Sequence record: OM135583.1
Length of the DNA stretch: 64,000 nt
DNA from: Escherichia phage EP01
Strand: one strand, 5' to 3'
A program made the position numbers and the translations under genes. Positions within the stretch are counted from its first letter, which is position 1. Every line of letters begins with the position of its first letter. The notes below the pieces were generated by a model, which saw nothing but the letters and a program-made list of their open reading frames with translations, ran no database searches and was not told the DNA's origin. Shown here one piece after another: positions 9,088-19,108 of this stretch.

Positions 9088-10901
9088 TGGTGTTTAATCC
9101 TATGCATGATTTCTTTATTTTTGCCAAGATTAAATCCGCGCTCGTTCGGATTTCCCAAATAGCCACATGTTCTTCTTATTGTGTTCATCTTTTTAGGATC
9201 AGTTTCTCCACAAATAGAACAAACAAATCCGTTTTCAGTAGGAGTCATTTCATGGGTACTTCCACATGTAAAACATTTATCTACTGGCATATTAACACCA
9301 AAATAATCTAAATGTTGTGCAGCATAATCCCATACAGCCTCAAGACCTTTTAGGTTATTTTTCATATCAGGAAGTTCAACATAAGAAATGTGACCACCTG
9401 TCGCAATGAAATGATATGGTGCTTCACGAGAAATCTTTTCAAATGGAGTAATATTTTCTTCTACCGAAACGTGGAAACTGTTAGTGTACCAGCCTTTATC
9501 GGTAACATCTTTTACACTTCCATATTTTTCGGTATCAAGTTTACAGAAGCGGTAGCACAGGTTTTCAGCAGGTGTAGAATACAAACTAAAAGCAAAACCG
9601 GTTCTTTCGGTCCACTGCTTAAGACGAGCATTCATTTTAGTTAAAATTTCTTGTCCAATATCACGACCGACAAGAATATTCAATTCGTGAATACCAATGT
9701 ATCCTAGGGACACTGAACTTCTACCGTTTTTAAATAACTCAATTATGTCATCGTCAGGTTTAAGACGAACCCCGAATGCACCTTCTTGATAAAGAATAGG
9801 AGCAACAGTCGCTTTAACTCCTTTTAAGGAACTGATTCTACACATCAAAGCTTCAAAACATAAATCCATTCGTTCATTGAACAATTCGGCAAATTTCTGT
9901 TCATTGAACTGTGTTCCAATATAAGAATCTAACGCAATTCGAGGAAGATTCAGTGTTACAACACCAAGATTATTACGTCCATCAAGAATTTCATTACCAG
10001 TCGAATCTTTCCATACGCCCAAGAAACTACGGCAACCCATTGGAGAAACAGGAATAGATGAACCAGTGATAGCTTTATTGTTCTTAGCCGAAATGATGTC
10101 AGGATACATTCTTTTGCTTGCACACTCTAGAGCAAGCTGCTTAATATCATAGTTCGGATCGTCTTTATAAAGATTAACACCTTCTTCAACGAACATAACA
10201 AGTTTAGGGAAAATAGGAGTTATCCCGTCACGACCAAGACCTTTAATACGATTTTTCAGAATTGCTTTCTGAATCATTCGTTCAGTCCAGTCAGTTCCCG
10301 TACCAAATGTAATTGTTACAAAAGGCGTTTGTCCGTTTGAGCTAAAGAGAGTATTTACTTCGTATTCATAAGCTTGGAATGCATCGTATACGTCTTTTTC
10401 TGTTTTAGATTGGGCATAATTCAATGCATCAGCGATTTGCCATTTTTCTGCGTCCTCAATATGTTTTGCGTAGGTGCGTTTAACATAAGGAGAAAGGACT
10501 TTATCTACATTCGCAAAAGTCGTTCCGCCATATTGATGGGAAGCAACCTGCGCAGTAATTTGTGCCATAATTGCAGTAGCAACGCCGATTGATTTAGGAG
10601 TTTCAATCTGCGCATTACCGAGCTTAAATCCGTTCTCAAGCATTCCTTTTAAATCTACTAAACAGCAATTAGTAAATGGAAGAGCGGGGGAATAATCAAT
10701 ATCATGGAAATGGATAATTCCGCTTTCATGCGCTTTCATAATAAAAGACGGGACCATATTTTTGGCAATGTGTTTAGACACAATACCAGCCATAAGGTCC
10801 CGTTGAGTTGGAAAAACACGAGAATCTTTATTAGCATTCTCGTTTAAAAGGTCTTTATTAGTTTTATGAATTAATCCTTCAATTTCTTTTTCAATTGTCA
10901 T
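9084..10901 (-). CDS. nrdD: Anaerobic ribonucleoside-triphosphate reductase (glycyl radical enzyme)
   Basis: 605 aa uninterrupted; C-terminal glycyl radical motif RRTCGYLG; Cys-rich zinc ribbon CFTCGSTHE...CSICG. Confidence 0.95.
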   Translation of the reverse strand: MTIEKEIEGLIHKTNKDLLNENANKDSRVFPTQRDLMAGIVSKHIAKNMVPSFIMKAHESGIIHFHDIDYSPALPFTNCCLVDLKGMLENGFKLGNAQIETPKSIGVATAIMAQITAQVASHQYGGTTFANVDKVLSPYVKRTYAKHIEDAEKWQIADALNYAQSKTEKDVYDAFQAYEYEVNTLFSSNGQTPFVTITFGTGTDWTERMIQKAILKNRIKGLGRDGITPIFPKLVMFVEEGVNLYKDDPNYDIKQLALECASKRMYPDIISAKNNKAITGSSIPVSPMGCRSFLGVWKDSTGNEILDGRNNLGVVTLNLPRIALDSYIGTQFNEQKFAELFNERMDLCFEALMCRISSLKGVKATVAPILYQEGAFGVRLKPDDDIIELFKNGRSSVSLGYIGIHELNILVGRDIGQEILTKMNARLKQWTERTGFAFSLYSTPAENLCYRFCKLDTEKYGSVKDVTDKGWYTNSFHVSVEENITPFEKISREAPYHFIATGGHISYVELPDMKNNLKGLEAVWDYAAQHLDYFGVNMPVDKCFTCGSTHEMTPTENGFVCSICGETDPKKMNTIRRTCGYLGNPNERGFNLGKNKEIMHRIKHQ

Positions 10902-11371
10902 TTTAAACTCTTTCTAAGCTGCTTCTTAAATGAAGCTATTAATTGTGTTTTAGTGTCAGATTCATTATATTCAAATCCTCTTTGAAGCATCTCAGCCATC
11001 ATTTCCTCTTTTCCTAAACGAGAAAATTCCTTTGATTTATCTCCAACAAAGTTAGGGTGAATATTGTTTTGGGTGTAATCGGATTTTAAATAAGTAAGTA
11101 AATTTTCTAACCATTCAAGATAATCAACACCTTGTCCCTTTAAGCCAGAACGATTAAATTTATGCTTCATTTGACCTTCTGCAGCATTACAGAGATTACA
11201 CAGCAACCCACGTACCTTTCCTGCTTTTGGTCCATTTAATTCATGGTCATGGTCAAGGTGATTAGCTTGAACATCAGGATTTAGTTCTCGTTGGCAAATT
11301 AAGCATTTACCGTTTTGTGCATTATAAAATTTTTGTTTTTCTTCTTTGTACAATTTGCCAGTCAATAACAT
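10898..11371 (-). CDS. 49: Endonuclease VII (Holliday junction resolvase)
   Basis: 157 aa (T4 gp49 length); Cys cluster CLICQ...CNLCN; position next to nrdD. Confidence 0.9.
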   Translation of the reverse strand: MLLTGKLYKEEKQKFYNAQNGKCLICQRELNPDVQANHLDHDHELNGPKAGKVRGLLCNLCNAAEGQMKHKFNRSGLKGQGVDYLEWLENLLTYLKSDYTQNNIHPNFVGDKSKEFSRLGKEEMMAEMLQRGFEYNESDTKTQLIASFKKQLRKSLK

Positions 11372-11589
11372 AATAAAACCCTTACCTTGAATAGATAAGG
11401 GTATTTATTATTTTCAAGTATTGTAAAACATTCGATGCAATCGCTTATATTGTCGAATCATCTTTTTAGTAGGACGAGAATAAGTTCCTATACAAGTGGT
11501 CATATTAGGGTCAGTAGGACTTCCTTTAATAAAAAGTTTCCAAACCTTACCACCATTTAACTTTTCAGTATAAACCAATTCAGTTTTCA

Positions 11590-12054
11590 TTAAAATGCTC
11601 GGTCAGAAAAAGAAATTTGAGTTTCAAGCCATTCAATATATTCTGCCGCAGCTTGCATCAAATTTCCTTCATAGCCATCGTTGTTTTCTTGCGCAGCTAA
11701 TTTAGCTAATGCATATGAAATGCGTTCACCTTGAAAAGCGGCTTTAGGTTTATGAATAGCTTGATCAACTCGTTCTACAACTTCTTCAATCTCGCCATTT
11801 TCTACTGATTCAGTGTTCCATAGGCACCAATATGTAATTGGCTTATCATAGATGTTAATAACCTTTCCGTCAGAAAGTTCAATTTCAATAATTCCAGTAT
11901 CAGGTTCTATATCATCTTCACATTCTTTTGCAAGTTCACGAACTTTAAAGACAGTACCTGCACTAAGTTCCGGCCAGTAATTACACAGACCTTTATCAGC
12001 ATGATTAATTCTAAACCACTTATCTACTGTAATCATGTCCCATCTCCATATCAA
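11590..12054 (-). CDS. Hypothetical protein (occupies the T4 pin position)
   Basis: 154-aa ORF between gene 49 and nrdC; identity with Pin not verifiable by eye. Confidence 0.5.
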   Translation of the reverse strand: MIWRWDMITVDKWFRINHADKGLCNYWPELSAGTVFKVRELAKECEDDIEPDTGIIEIELSDGKVINIYDKPITYWCLWNTESVENGEIEEVVERVDQAIHKPKAAFQGERISYALAKLAAQENNDGYEGNLMQAAAEYIEWLETQISFSDRAF

Positions 12055-12159
12055 TTAAGTCATTTATCGTAGGTTCATTATATACTGTTTCTTCATCAGT
12101 GTAAACCGGTTCTTCCGGCTCTGGCTCTACAGTTTCCCATCTAGCCGCCCACCAAGGTT

Positions 12160-12480
12160 TTATAGCGTAATCCATTCTCGTATTGTCTGAGTTACTACAC
12201 GTTCACGGGGCTCGACTAGTTCAACAGTCGGAACTGCATAATACCAGTCAGAATAGTAAGAACCTGAGCGAGATTCATTTACAGACACATGAACGTTATG
12301 TTTTGGACTAAAATAAACGCACTGCCGATATTGGCATTTGCCATCTTGTACCCAATCTTCTATTTCGACAGGTTTAAGATAATCCGAAAAATCGAAATCA
12401 TAATTTTCTGAAAATGCATCATGGTCTTCGATGATTTCACTCAGAACTGCATCAACATCTAATTTATTTTCAATAGTCAT
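12160..12480 (-). CDS. Hypothetical protein
   Basis: 106-aa ORF on coding strand. Confidence 0.6.
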   Translation of the reverse strand: MTIENKLDVDAVLSEIIEDHDAFSENYDFDFSDYLKPVEIEDWVQDGKCQYRQCVYFSPKHNVHVSVNESRSGSYYSDWYYAVPTVELVEPRERVVTQTIREWITL

Positions 12481-12490
12481 TTGTCACCAA

Positions 12491-12661
12491 TTAATTTCGC
12501 AATTTATTAAGTTCTTCATAATCAATCCAGGATTCTAATCCTGATGGCAAATCAGATTCAATTTCCCAAAGAAGCTCTTCAATTTTCTGAAGACGATCTA
12601 ATTCTTCAGCTGGAATAGTAACCATTGACGGAGTTCTTGATACACTAATATCGTAAATCAT
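12491..12661 (-). CDS. Hypothetical protein
   Basis: Track ORF 12491..12700 trimmed to internal Met to remove overlap. Confidence 0.5.
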   Translation of the reverse strand: MIYDISVSRTPSMVTIPAEELDRLQKIEELLWEIESDLPSGLESWIDYEELNKLRN

Positions 12662-12663
12662 AT

Positions 12664-12879
12664 TTACCCCAGTTTGACCATGCAATCGCCATATTTCCAT
12701 TTAGAAATAGACTTTTCACCGTTAGAATAATAAACTTCGAGTTTAGCACGATTATTTTTAATTTGAATAACCTTTGCTGTCATCAAAGTTCCATACCCGT
12801 AATAAACTGCAACCTCATCACCTACATATACCGCGCTTCCGCGGTAGTCATGGATATAATCAGTTCCTTCGAGCATCAT
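12664..12879 (-). CDS. Hypothetical protein
   Basis: 71-aa ORF, ATGA overlap with nrdC. Confidence 0.55.
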   Translation of the reverse strand: MMLEGTDYIHDYRGSAVYVGDEVAVYYGYGTLMTAKVIQIKNNRAKLEVYYSNGEKSISKWKYGDCMVKLG

Positions 12880-13139
12880 TTAAAGTATTCCCGCAATTGG
12901 TCAAATCCACCAATATGACTTCCATCAGGAGCAAATACTTGTGGCATCGTCAGTCCAATTTGAGTATCACGACCCAGTTTAGTTAGAAGCTCAGCGATTT
13001 TCTCATCATCAAAAACACCTTTTTCCGGCATAATGTTGATAAATTCAAACGGCTGTTTCTTCACAGTCAAGAGACGTTTTGCATTATCGCAATACACACA
13101 TTTATGGATGTTGCTATCATAACCATATACTTTAAACAT
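12876..13139 (-). CDS. nrdC: Thioredoxin/glutaredoxin NrdC
   Basis: 87 aa (T4 NrdC length) with CVYC active site. Confidence 0.92.
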   Translation of the reverse strand: MFKVYGYDSNIHKCVYCDNAKRLLTVKKQPFEFINIMPEKGVFDDEKIAELLTKLGRDTQIGLTMPQVFAPDGSHIGGFDQLREYFK

Positions 13140-13140
13140 A

Positions 13141-13383
13141 TTATTCCTTAATTCCTAGTACTTGTTTAAAAGTCTCGTCGTAATCAAGACTTTGACCTGT
13201 TTGTTCTTTATGTTTGTATATAATATCACTTACTTCTGATAGCATATTTTTATATGAACGAGTTAAAGCAGATTTAAGCACGCTGTATCTATCAGGAAAT
13301 TTACCATGTTCATTATAATAAGCTATTGCTAATTCACGGACTGCTTTTTCAGCAATCTCCATATATTCTTTACGCTTTGTCAT
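13141..13383 (-). CDS. Hypothetical protein
   Basis: 80-aa ORF. Confidence 0.6.
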   Translation of the reverse strand: MTKRKEYMEIAEKAVRELAIAYYNEHGKFPDRYSVLKSALTRSYKNMLSEVSDIIYKHKEQTGQSLDYDETFKQVLGIKE

Positions 13384-13687
13384 TTTCTTCTCGGTTAAAT
13401 CGGTGTTTGCAATGACGACATTTATAACAAAGATTACTAGTCTGCCAATGAACTAATTGTACCTGTTCGGTACCACATTTTGGGCAGTTCGGAACATTCT
13501 TAGAAGCCCTTTCGCGGCGTTCAACCATAACCATAATGGCATCCCAAGCAGGAGGTTTAAAATCTAAATCGTCACAACCATGAATCTTTCCACGCATTTC
13601 CAGATCGTCTTCTTCACCAGCCATAATAATTTTAATTAGACTGGAATTACTTGAAGCTGCAATATCTTCTAATAAGCGCTTTTTCAT
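13370..13687 (-). CDS. Zinc-ribbon protein
   Basis: 105 aa; C-terminal [11 protein letters not shown]...[11 protein letters not shown] four-Cys ribbon. Confidence 0.6.
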   Translation of the reverse strand: MKKRLLEDIAASSNSSLIKIIMAGEEDDLEMRGKIHGCDDLDFKPPAWDAIMVMVERRERASKNVPNCPKCGTEQVQLVHWQTSNLCYKCRHCKHRFNREENDKA

Positions 13688-14613
13688 TTCAATACCTCAA
13701 TAGCATTACGTAAACCATTTGCTTTGGCGGTTAAAGCCTTAAAAACTTTAGTATGCTCTTCAATCTGTTTTTCAACTTCAATTAAGCGTGTATTAAGATA
13801 TTCACGTTCTTCACTCAGGTTATCAACCTTTTCTACTTTAGGTTCTTTTACAACTGGCTTATATGTATTAGGGTTCTTCAGTTTAATTAGAATGCGTGAA
13901 CTGTACAGCATTGAACCATTATCTTCGGTTTCGTCATACATTTCCACTACGTCCATCATCTCCACCATCGTGCAGAGTTTATAAGACAACGAACGAATAG
14001 TTTTGTTATGCTTATTAATTTCTCTAGCTGTCATGGTGCCGAGATTACGTGAGTAATAATAAGGAACCTGGATATTAATTAATACTGATGAACCACCTGG
14101 CTTGTGTGTTACTTCATCAGCAATAACCCAGTCCTTAACATGAACTGTATTTGTACGGTCATCGCCCGCGGTAAATAGTTTACGAGCATGCTTAAAAAGC
14201 ATATTCACTTGGTCATTGAATTGACAAGCGAATTTATCAGCAAATTTAGTTTCAGGAATGGTAGATAACCAATCAGCCAAATGGGTCTTTTTAACATCGT
14301 TAACAATGGTAAATTCAACCAAATCGGTTATAGATGTCGCAGATTTAATGAAGCTCGGCTTCATAAAGTTTTTAATGTTATCACTAGCTACAGTAGAAGA
14401 TAACAGACGAGAACGTTTAAACCATTGAAGCAAATTGCCTAACGAATGAGAATAAGCGTTTTGAGTATCTTTACAGATATGATTTTCCTGCCCAACATAT
14501 TGAAGGAAATCACGAAGAATATTATTGATTACTGTTCTGTGTCCGATCTGATAATTACGGTGTTTAGTAATAAGACTGTCAAAATAATCAATATAATGTT
14601 TACGAGTTTTCAT
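13684..14613 (-). CDS. Hypothetical protein, member 1 of tandem paralog family (C-terminal coiled coil)
   Basis: 309 aa; shares internal motif (YKLCTMVEMMDVV) and C-terminal heptad-rich tail with next three genes. Confidence 0.65.
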   Translation of the reverse strand: MKTRKHYIDYFDSLITKHRNYQIGHRTVINNILRDFLQYVGQENHICKDTQNAYSHSLGNLLQWFKRSRLLSSTVASDNIKNFMKPSFIKSATSITDLVEFTIVNDVKKTHLADWLSTIPETKFADKFACQFNDQVNMLFKHARKLFTAGDDRTNTVHVKDWVIADEVTHKPGGSSVLINIQVPYYYSRNLGTMTAREINKHNKTIRSLSYKLCTMVEMMDVVEMYDETEDNGSMLYSSRILIKLKNPNTYKPVVKEPKVEKVDNLSEEREYLNTRLIEVEKQIEEHTKVFKALTAKANGLRNAIEVLK

Positions 14614-14665
14614 GTTCTTCTCACTTGGTTAATGATTTATGCTCCGAGCCATCCTTGGCTTTAAA

Positions 14666-15667
14666 TTACTTAATTAGCTGTAAAGCTTGTTCCAAACGAT
14701 CAAGGCGATTAACAGATTCTTCCCAAATCATTTTAGCCTGCTCATATTCTTTCTGCGCTTTATTAGAAATTTCTAGAGCATCTTTATAAGCTTTTTCTAG
14801 TGCAATAACTTCTGGACGAATTTCTATCGGTTCAGGTGAATCATCAAGATTATCCATTAGTTCCTCAAGGGTAGTTTCTTCTTTAGGAGTATTCACAATT
14901 TCATCACATTTTTGTTGGTAAATTTCTTTATCAGTCGGTGAATAAGCGCATTTCACTTCACGAAGGCTAATTATAATTTTATATCCTTCCCAACCACACA
15001 TATTCTTAAAAGGATAAGTATGAATATTTTCTACCGTTTCCATACAAAGTAATGCGGTTTCTAATTGACGAGTTATAGTGCTAGCAATTGAGAAAAATTT
15101 ATTAATATTCTTTTGGTTAGTTTCTGGTGTAAAAAATCCATAATTCACAAAAATAGATACTTTATTTTTATCAAGTTCATATTCTTTTATGATAATCATA
15201 TCAGAAGCCAAAGGATGAATTTGACGATAATCGCCATAACATAATTTAGAAGCTGATTTTAGAATCTGTCCTTTGAAAAGTCTGAAATTACTAATCCAAC
15301 GACGAGTAAAAATATTCTCAGGGTCTTCTTTATTATTAAGATGATAAGAATTAACATCACCGAACCAATTATATCCTACTACATCTTTGGTTCGTTTAAT
15401 TTCTTTCCCAAAATTACCAAGAATATCCCGATTAACCAAATATGAAAGAAGACGAGACTCTTTAAAGGTTTTCTTGATAACATCTTTATCTACACGGCTA
15501 GAAATTTTACGAATTTCATGAATAAATTTAGCAGAAGAAACAATACTCGCGTCAACGCTATTGAGCCATTGATTGATAATAGAAATAACGCTATTTTGAC
15601 CAAACACCGGTATAGCTTTATCATCAATAACACTATTGAATGATTTGATATATTCGTTACGAGTCAT
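14666..15667 (-). CDS. Hypothetical protein, paralog family member 2
   Basis: ATG at 15667 with GAGGAG SD (track start 15718 lies inside promoter); motif F..GQILKSASKL and C-terminal coiled coil. Confidence 0.65.
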   Translation of the reverse strand: MTRNEYIKSFNSVIDDKAIPVFGQNSVISIINQWLNSVDASIVSSAKFIHEIRKISSRVDKDVIKKTFKESRLLSYLVNRDILGNFGKEIKRTKDVVGYNWFGDVNSYHLNNKEDPENIFTRRWISNFRLFKGQILKSASKLCYGDYRQIHPLASDMIIIKEYELDKNKVSIFVNYGFFTPETNQKNINKFFSIASTITRQLETALLCMETVENIHTYPFKNMCGWEGYKIIISLREVKCAYSPTDKEIYQQKCDEIVNTPKEETTLEELMDNLDDSPEPIEIRPEVIALEKAYKDALEISNKAQKEYEQAKMIWEESVNRLDRLEQALQLIK

Positions 15668-15693
15668 ATTAATCTCCTCAGTAGAAAGTAAGA

Positions 15694-15726
15694 ACATTAT
15701 ACCACATCCTTGTGGCAAAGTAAACT
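15694..15726 (-). promoter_or_regulatory. T4-type early promoter
   Basis: Minus strand GTTTAC, 18 bp, TATAAT (15701-15696), then GAGGAG SD and ATG 15667. Confidence 0.6.
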
Positions 15727-16753
15727 AGTTCAGTGCATTTAGTGCATTGTTCAGTTTAGAACGTTGCTTCGTAAGATTTTTGACTTTTTCTTGAGCTTTT
15801 TCTAGCATCTTTTCAGCTTCTAACACTTCATTAGTTGCTTTAACTAGTTCATCATCTACTGCTTTAAGAGAATTCTCAATCGCATCTGCATGCCATTTTT
15901 CAACAGGTTTAAGACTCGGATTTTCAACAGGAAGAAAACTCACTTTATTAAGTTTACATGCATCTATATTGCTTGAGCTATACATCCAAAATTTAGGATC
16001 GTTTGATGAGTAATTGGATAAATTTAAATTTAAGTTATCTTGCACTTCCTGCTTTTTCTCTTGCGGGACTTCGTCCTTTCTCAAAAAATCGTATTTAAAT
16101 GAAACGATCATATCAAGTTCATATGTTGTTGTGTCTAATTTAAATCGCTCAAAACGAGGTAAAATCTTAGACTGAACATCGGCAACAACATCCATATACT
16201 TAAATGCTTCTGTCAACTGCGATTTAAGGCATTCGCAAATTGAAAGAGAATTTTTTGTATTAGGTTTAAAGCTAATTCGTGCAGTTCTATTATTTTCTTT
16301 TAATGGTCTTACTTCCATCTGAAGAGTATAACCATCAAATTTCAGATTCTTTAAGTTAATATCAGAACCTTTTAATCGACTCGCAGTTGATAAAATTTGC
16401 TTTAATTGTCTACGGAACAGAGCAATAAATCTCCATTCAATACGATAATGATTTGGATTGAAAAATCCAGATGATAAATCGACCTTACTTTGACCAACGC
16501 CTTGAACAAATAGAGGATTTTTATAATCAATAGTTTTACAGAAATCGGTGAGCTGCTCACGAGCAGTCATTTGCGTAATATACCCTGCTTTACTAAAATT
16601 ACGCACCCATTCACTGCTATTCGTATACTTAAAGTGATGAATAACACGATTAACTTTATCAGGGTCTAAATTATTTTCACACAAAAATGTCATAACATCA
16701 CGAGTATAACTGGCATTACGAACCTTATCTTCAATTTGAGAACGAGTTTTCAT
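15725..16753 (-). CDS. Hypothetical protein, paralog family member 3
   Basis: 342 aa; motif FRRQLKQILSTASRL, C-terminal coiled coil. Confidence 0.65.
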   Translation of the reverse strand: MKTRSQIEDKVRNASYTRDVMTFLCENNLDPDKVNRVIHHFKYTNSSEWVRNFSKAGYITQMTAREQLTDFCKTIDYKNPLFVQGVGQSKVDLSSGFFNPNHYRIEWRFIALFRRQLKQILSTASRLKGSDINLKNLKFDGYTLQMEVRPLKENNRTARISFKPNTKNSLSICECLKSQLTEAFKYMDVVADVQSKILPRFERFKLDTTTYELDMIVSFKYDFLRKDEVPQEKKQEVQDNLNLNLSNYSSNDPKFWMYSSSNIDACKLNKVSFLPVENPSLKPVEKWHADAIENSLKAVDDELVKATNEVLEAEKMLEKAQEKVKNLTKQRSKLNNALNALN

Positions 16754-16761
16754 AGTGTTCC

Positions 16762-17667
16762 TTAAGATTTAAGTAAATCAACAATTTTAATTAATTTTTC
16801 ACGCTCAGATTTAGCTTTATTACTCAATCCAGATAGTCTGAAAATTTCATCGTCATACTGTTGAATAGAAATATTCAGCTCTTCAATTTGCTTATTAAAA
16901 TAATCAATTTGTTCAGAATGTTTTTCATTACTACGAACTGGTACAGGTTTCGTAAGCAATTTAGTTGAACTGGATTCATCCGGGCGATAAATCAAAATAC
17001 AATTTGAACCAATCGGGCATTTTGTACCAGATGAATATTCTAATGTTCCAGCTTCTTTTAAAACTTCAAAAGCTAAACAGAGATGATGCCCCATATTAAC
17101 ATAATCTGTAGAGTGAGCTCTGATGTAATAATCATCTCCACGAATACTAAATTTAAAGCATTTAAGGTCTTCTGTATTATTGGTCTTAAAAATCATTTGT
17201 TTATCTAGACCTTTAGCTAATCGAGCGCCCAATGCTAATAATCGTCGTTGATTTTCCCACAAATCCGCAATCATTTGATCGAATGATAATTTCGGCATTA
17301 GTCGACCATAAAGGTCATATCCTTTATTATAATTACGAAGGATTTCACTCGCATTAATACGAGACAATGCTCCAATTTTATTAAGGGCTTTCATAATGCG
17401 ATTAGATAAACTCATTCCAGATCCGCTTGTTCGCTGTAAATGTTTTTCTAATCCAAAGCCAATATCAACTTTAAACTTATCTAAAATTTCGGCATGAACA
17501 TCTCTGTCAATAACATTCAAATCCAAAGTTGGGTTAAATCTATGAAAAAATTTATCTGGCTCTCCACGACGAAATACAGTCCATTCATTCATCATTTTTT
17601 TATTAACTAAAGATTTAATTACTGCATTGACATTATTAATTACTACTGACATATTTTCCTCACTCAA
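16762..17667 (-). CDS. Hypothetical protein, paralog family member 4
   Basis: 301 aa; motif WENQRRLLALGARLAKGL, C-terminal coiled coil. Confidence 0.65.
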   Translation of the reverse strand: MSEENMSVVINNVNAVIKSLVNKKMMNEWTVFRRGEPDKFFHRFNPTLDLNVIDRDVHAEILDKFKVDIGFGLEKHLQRTSGSGMSLSNRIMKALNKIGALSRINASEILRNYNKGYDLYGRLMPKLSFDQMIADLWENQRRLLALGARLAKGLDKQMIFKTNNTEDLKCFKFSIRGDDYYIRAHSTDYVNMGHHLCLAFEVLKEAGTLEYSSGTKCPIGSNCILIYRPDESSSTKLLTKPVPVRSNEKHSEQIDYFNKQIEELNISIQQYDDEIFRLSGLSNKAKSEREKLIKIVDLLKS

Positions 17668-18061
17668 TTTTACTAATTACGTGGAATAAGATTGAACAGA
17701 CTATATAAGTACCACATATAGATTGAACTAATGCCATTCCAAAGAACCAAACAATATTATCAAACAGTGTCTGTTTTACGTCGAAAGGACGTAAACTTAC
17801 AGTAATATTATCACCTTTTTCTATTGAAGAATACATCTCTGGGGAAATATATTCACTAAATCTATAACCGTCTTTAAGTTCATATACAGCAATAAACGAT
17901 AAACTAGACCCCTTTCCTTGTGTTCCTGTAATGGTATTAACTACAGTAACATCATAATCTTTATAGTGCATATAATCATTAATTGCGTAATAACCATATG
18001 CAACTACTACACATAAACAACATATCAATAAATTCAATCTTTTAATTATCAACTGTTTCAT
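17660..18061 (-). CDS. Membrane protein
   Basis: 133 aa; N- and C-terminal hydrophobic helices. Confidence 0.6.
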   Translation of the reverse strand: MKQLIIKRLNLLICCLCVVVAYGYYAINDYMHYKDYDVTVVNTITGTQGKGSSLSFIAVYELKDGYRFSEYISPEMYSSIEKGDNITVSLRPFDVKQTLFDNIVWFFGMALVQSICGTYIVCSILFHVISKIE

Positions 18062-18116
18062 AATAATCTCAATTAAAAGTGCTTAGAACCATTATACCAT
18101 CCTTGGTATAAAGCGG

Positions 18117-18644
18117 TTATGCGAGTACCGTCTTTAACCGTTCTTCAAACTTCCGAAGAGTATTTTGGCGTTCAGCTCTTTGCTTTTTGTAAGTTTCAAT
18201 ACGCTCTGAAATGAGAGAGTATCGTTCATTTACTGATTCTTTCATAAAATCAGGAATTTTACGAGAAGCTTTAATCTCATCAAATTTATCAATAACAGCT
18301 TGCTCTTCAGCAATTAAGTTATCATACATTAAAATATCTTTCTTGATGAACTCAATATCTTCTTGAGTTACACGAGATAATTTAGATGCTTTATCCTTTT
18401 TGTACTGTTCGTTAGTATCACGAGACCAGTGTAATGTACGATTTTTATTCGTATTTTTGTAAATTTCGACAATACCAATCTCATCAATAATAACGATCCA
18501 ATTCCAACGGGATTTGTAAATTTGTCCTCCATCAACAGTGATTTCACCTCCGATTGAGATGTCGTTAAAGAACTTGCTTTGTGCTTCAGATTTAAATTTA
18601 CCATCATTGTAATTTACCAAGTTGAAAATATCTTTAGCGTTCAT
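18117..18644 (-). CDS. Hypothetical protein
   Basis: 175 aa; ATG at 18644 with GGAGGAA SD downstream of early promoter. Confidence 0.65.
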   Translation of the reverse strand: MNAKDIFNLVNYNDGKFKSEAQSKFFNDISIGGEITVDGGQIYKSRWNWIVIIDEIGIVEIYKNTNKNRTLHWSRDTNEQYKKDKASKLSRVTQEDIEFIKKDILMYDNLIAEEQAVIDKFDEIKASRKIPDFMKESVNERYSLISERIETYKKQRAERQNTLRKFEERLKTVLA

Positions 18645-18671
18645 TTTCTGTTCCTCCGTAGTTGATAGTTG

Positions 18672-18703
18672 TATAGTACCACAGAGGAACAGTCTTGTAA
18701 ACC
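18672..18703 (-). promoter_or_regulatory. T4-type early promoter (cassette)
   Basis: GTTTAC (18702-18697), 18 bp, TACTAT (18678-18673); SD GGAGGAA and ATG 18644. Confidence 0.6.
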
Positions 18704-18704
18704 A

Positions 18705-19019
18705 CTAAAAGAAACTTCTTTCACAATTTTTTCCACTGAACCATGCGCTCACTGCTTTCTTAGTCTCAGGAGCAGTGTTATCCATAAACCATTCAAAGGC
18801 AGCCTTTTTATGATTCTGGAGGGCTTCTCGGGCTTTAATCTGCTCACGGTCTATTAACACTAACATATGAGCCTTTCTTGTCACCATGGGCTTCTTATGA
18901 TTTTTTGAATACTCCCAGTCATTTGTCCATCGCATTGTCGTTGCGAATTGAAATACAGCTTCTTTAATCTTAGTTTCGTAAATTTCACGAGCCTTTGAGT
19001 ATAACATCACTACCTCCAT
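18705..19019 (-). CDS. Hypothetical protein
   Basis: 104-aa ORF. Confidence 0.55.
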   Translation of the reverse strand: MEVVMLYSKAREIYETKIKEAVFQFATTMRWTNDWEYSKNHKKPMVTRKAHMLVLIDREQIKAREALQNHKKAAFEWFMDNTAPETKKAVSAWFSGKNCERSFF

Positions 19020-19108
19020 TCACCTGTTTAATTCTAGTCATCTTTTTAATGGCAGTCCATATAATCTATTTCTGAACTGCCTTTTTGTCATAGAAGTCCT
19101 CTTATGAA

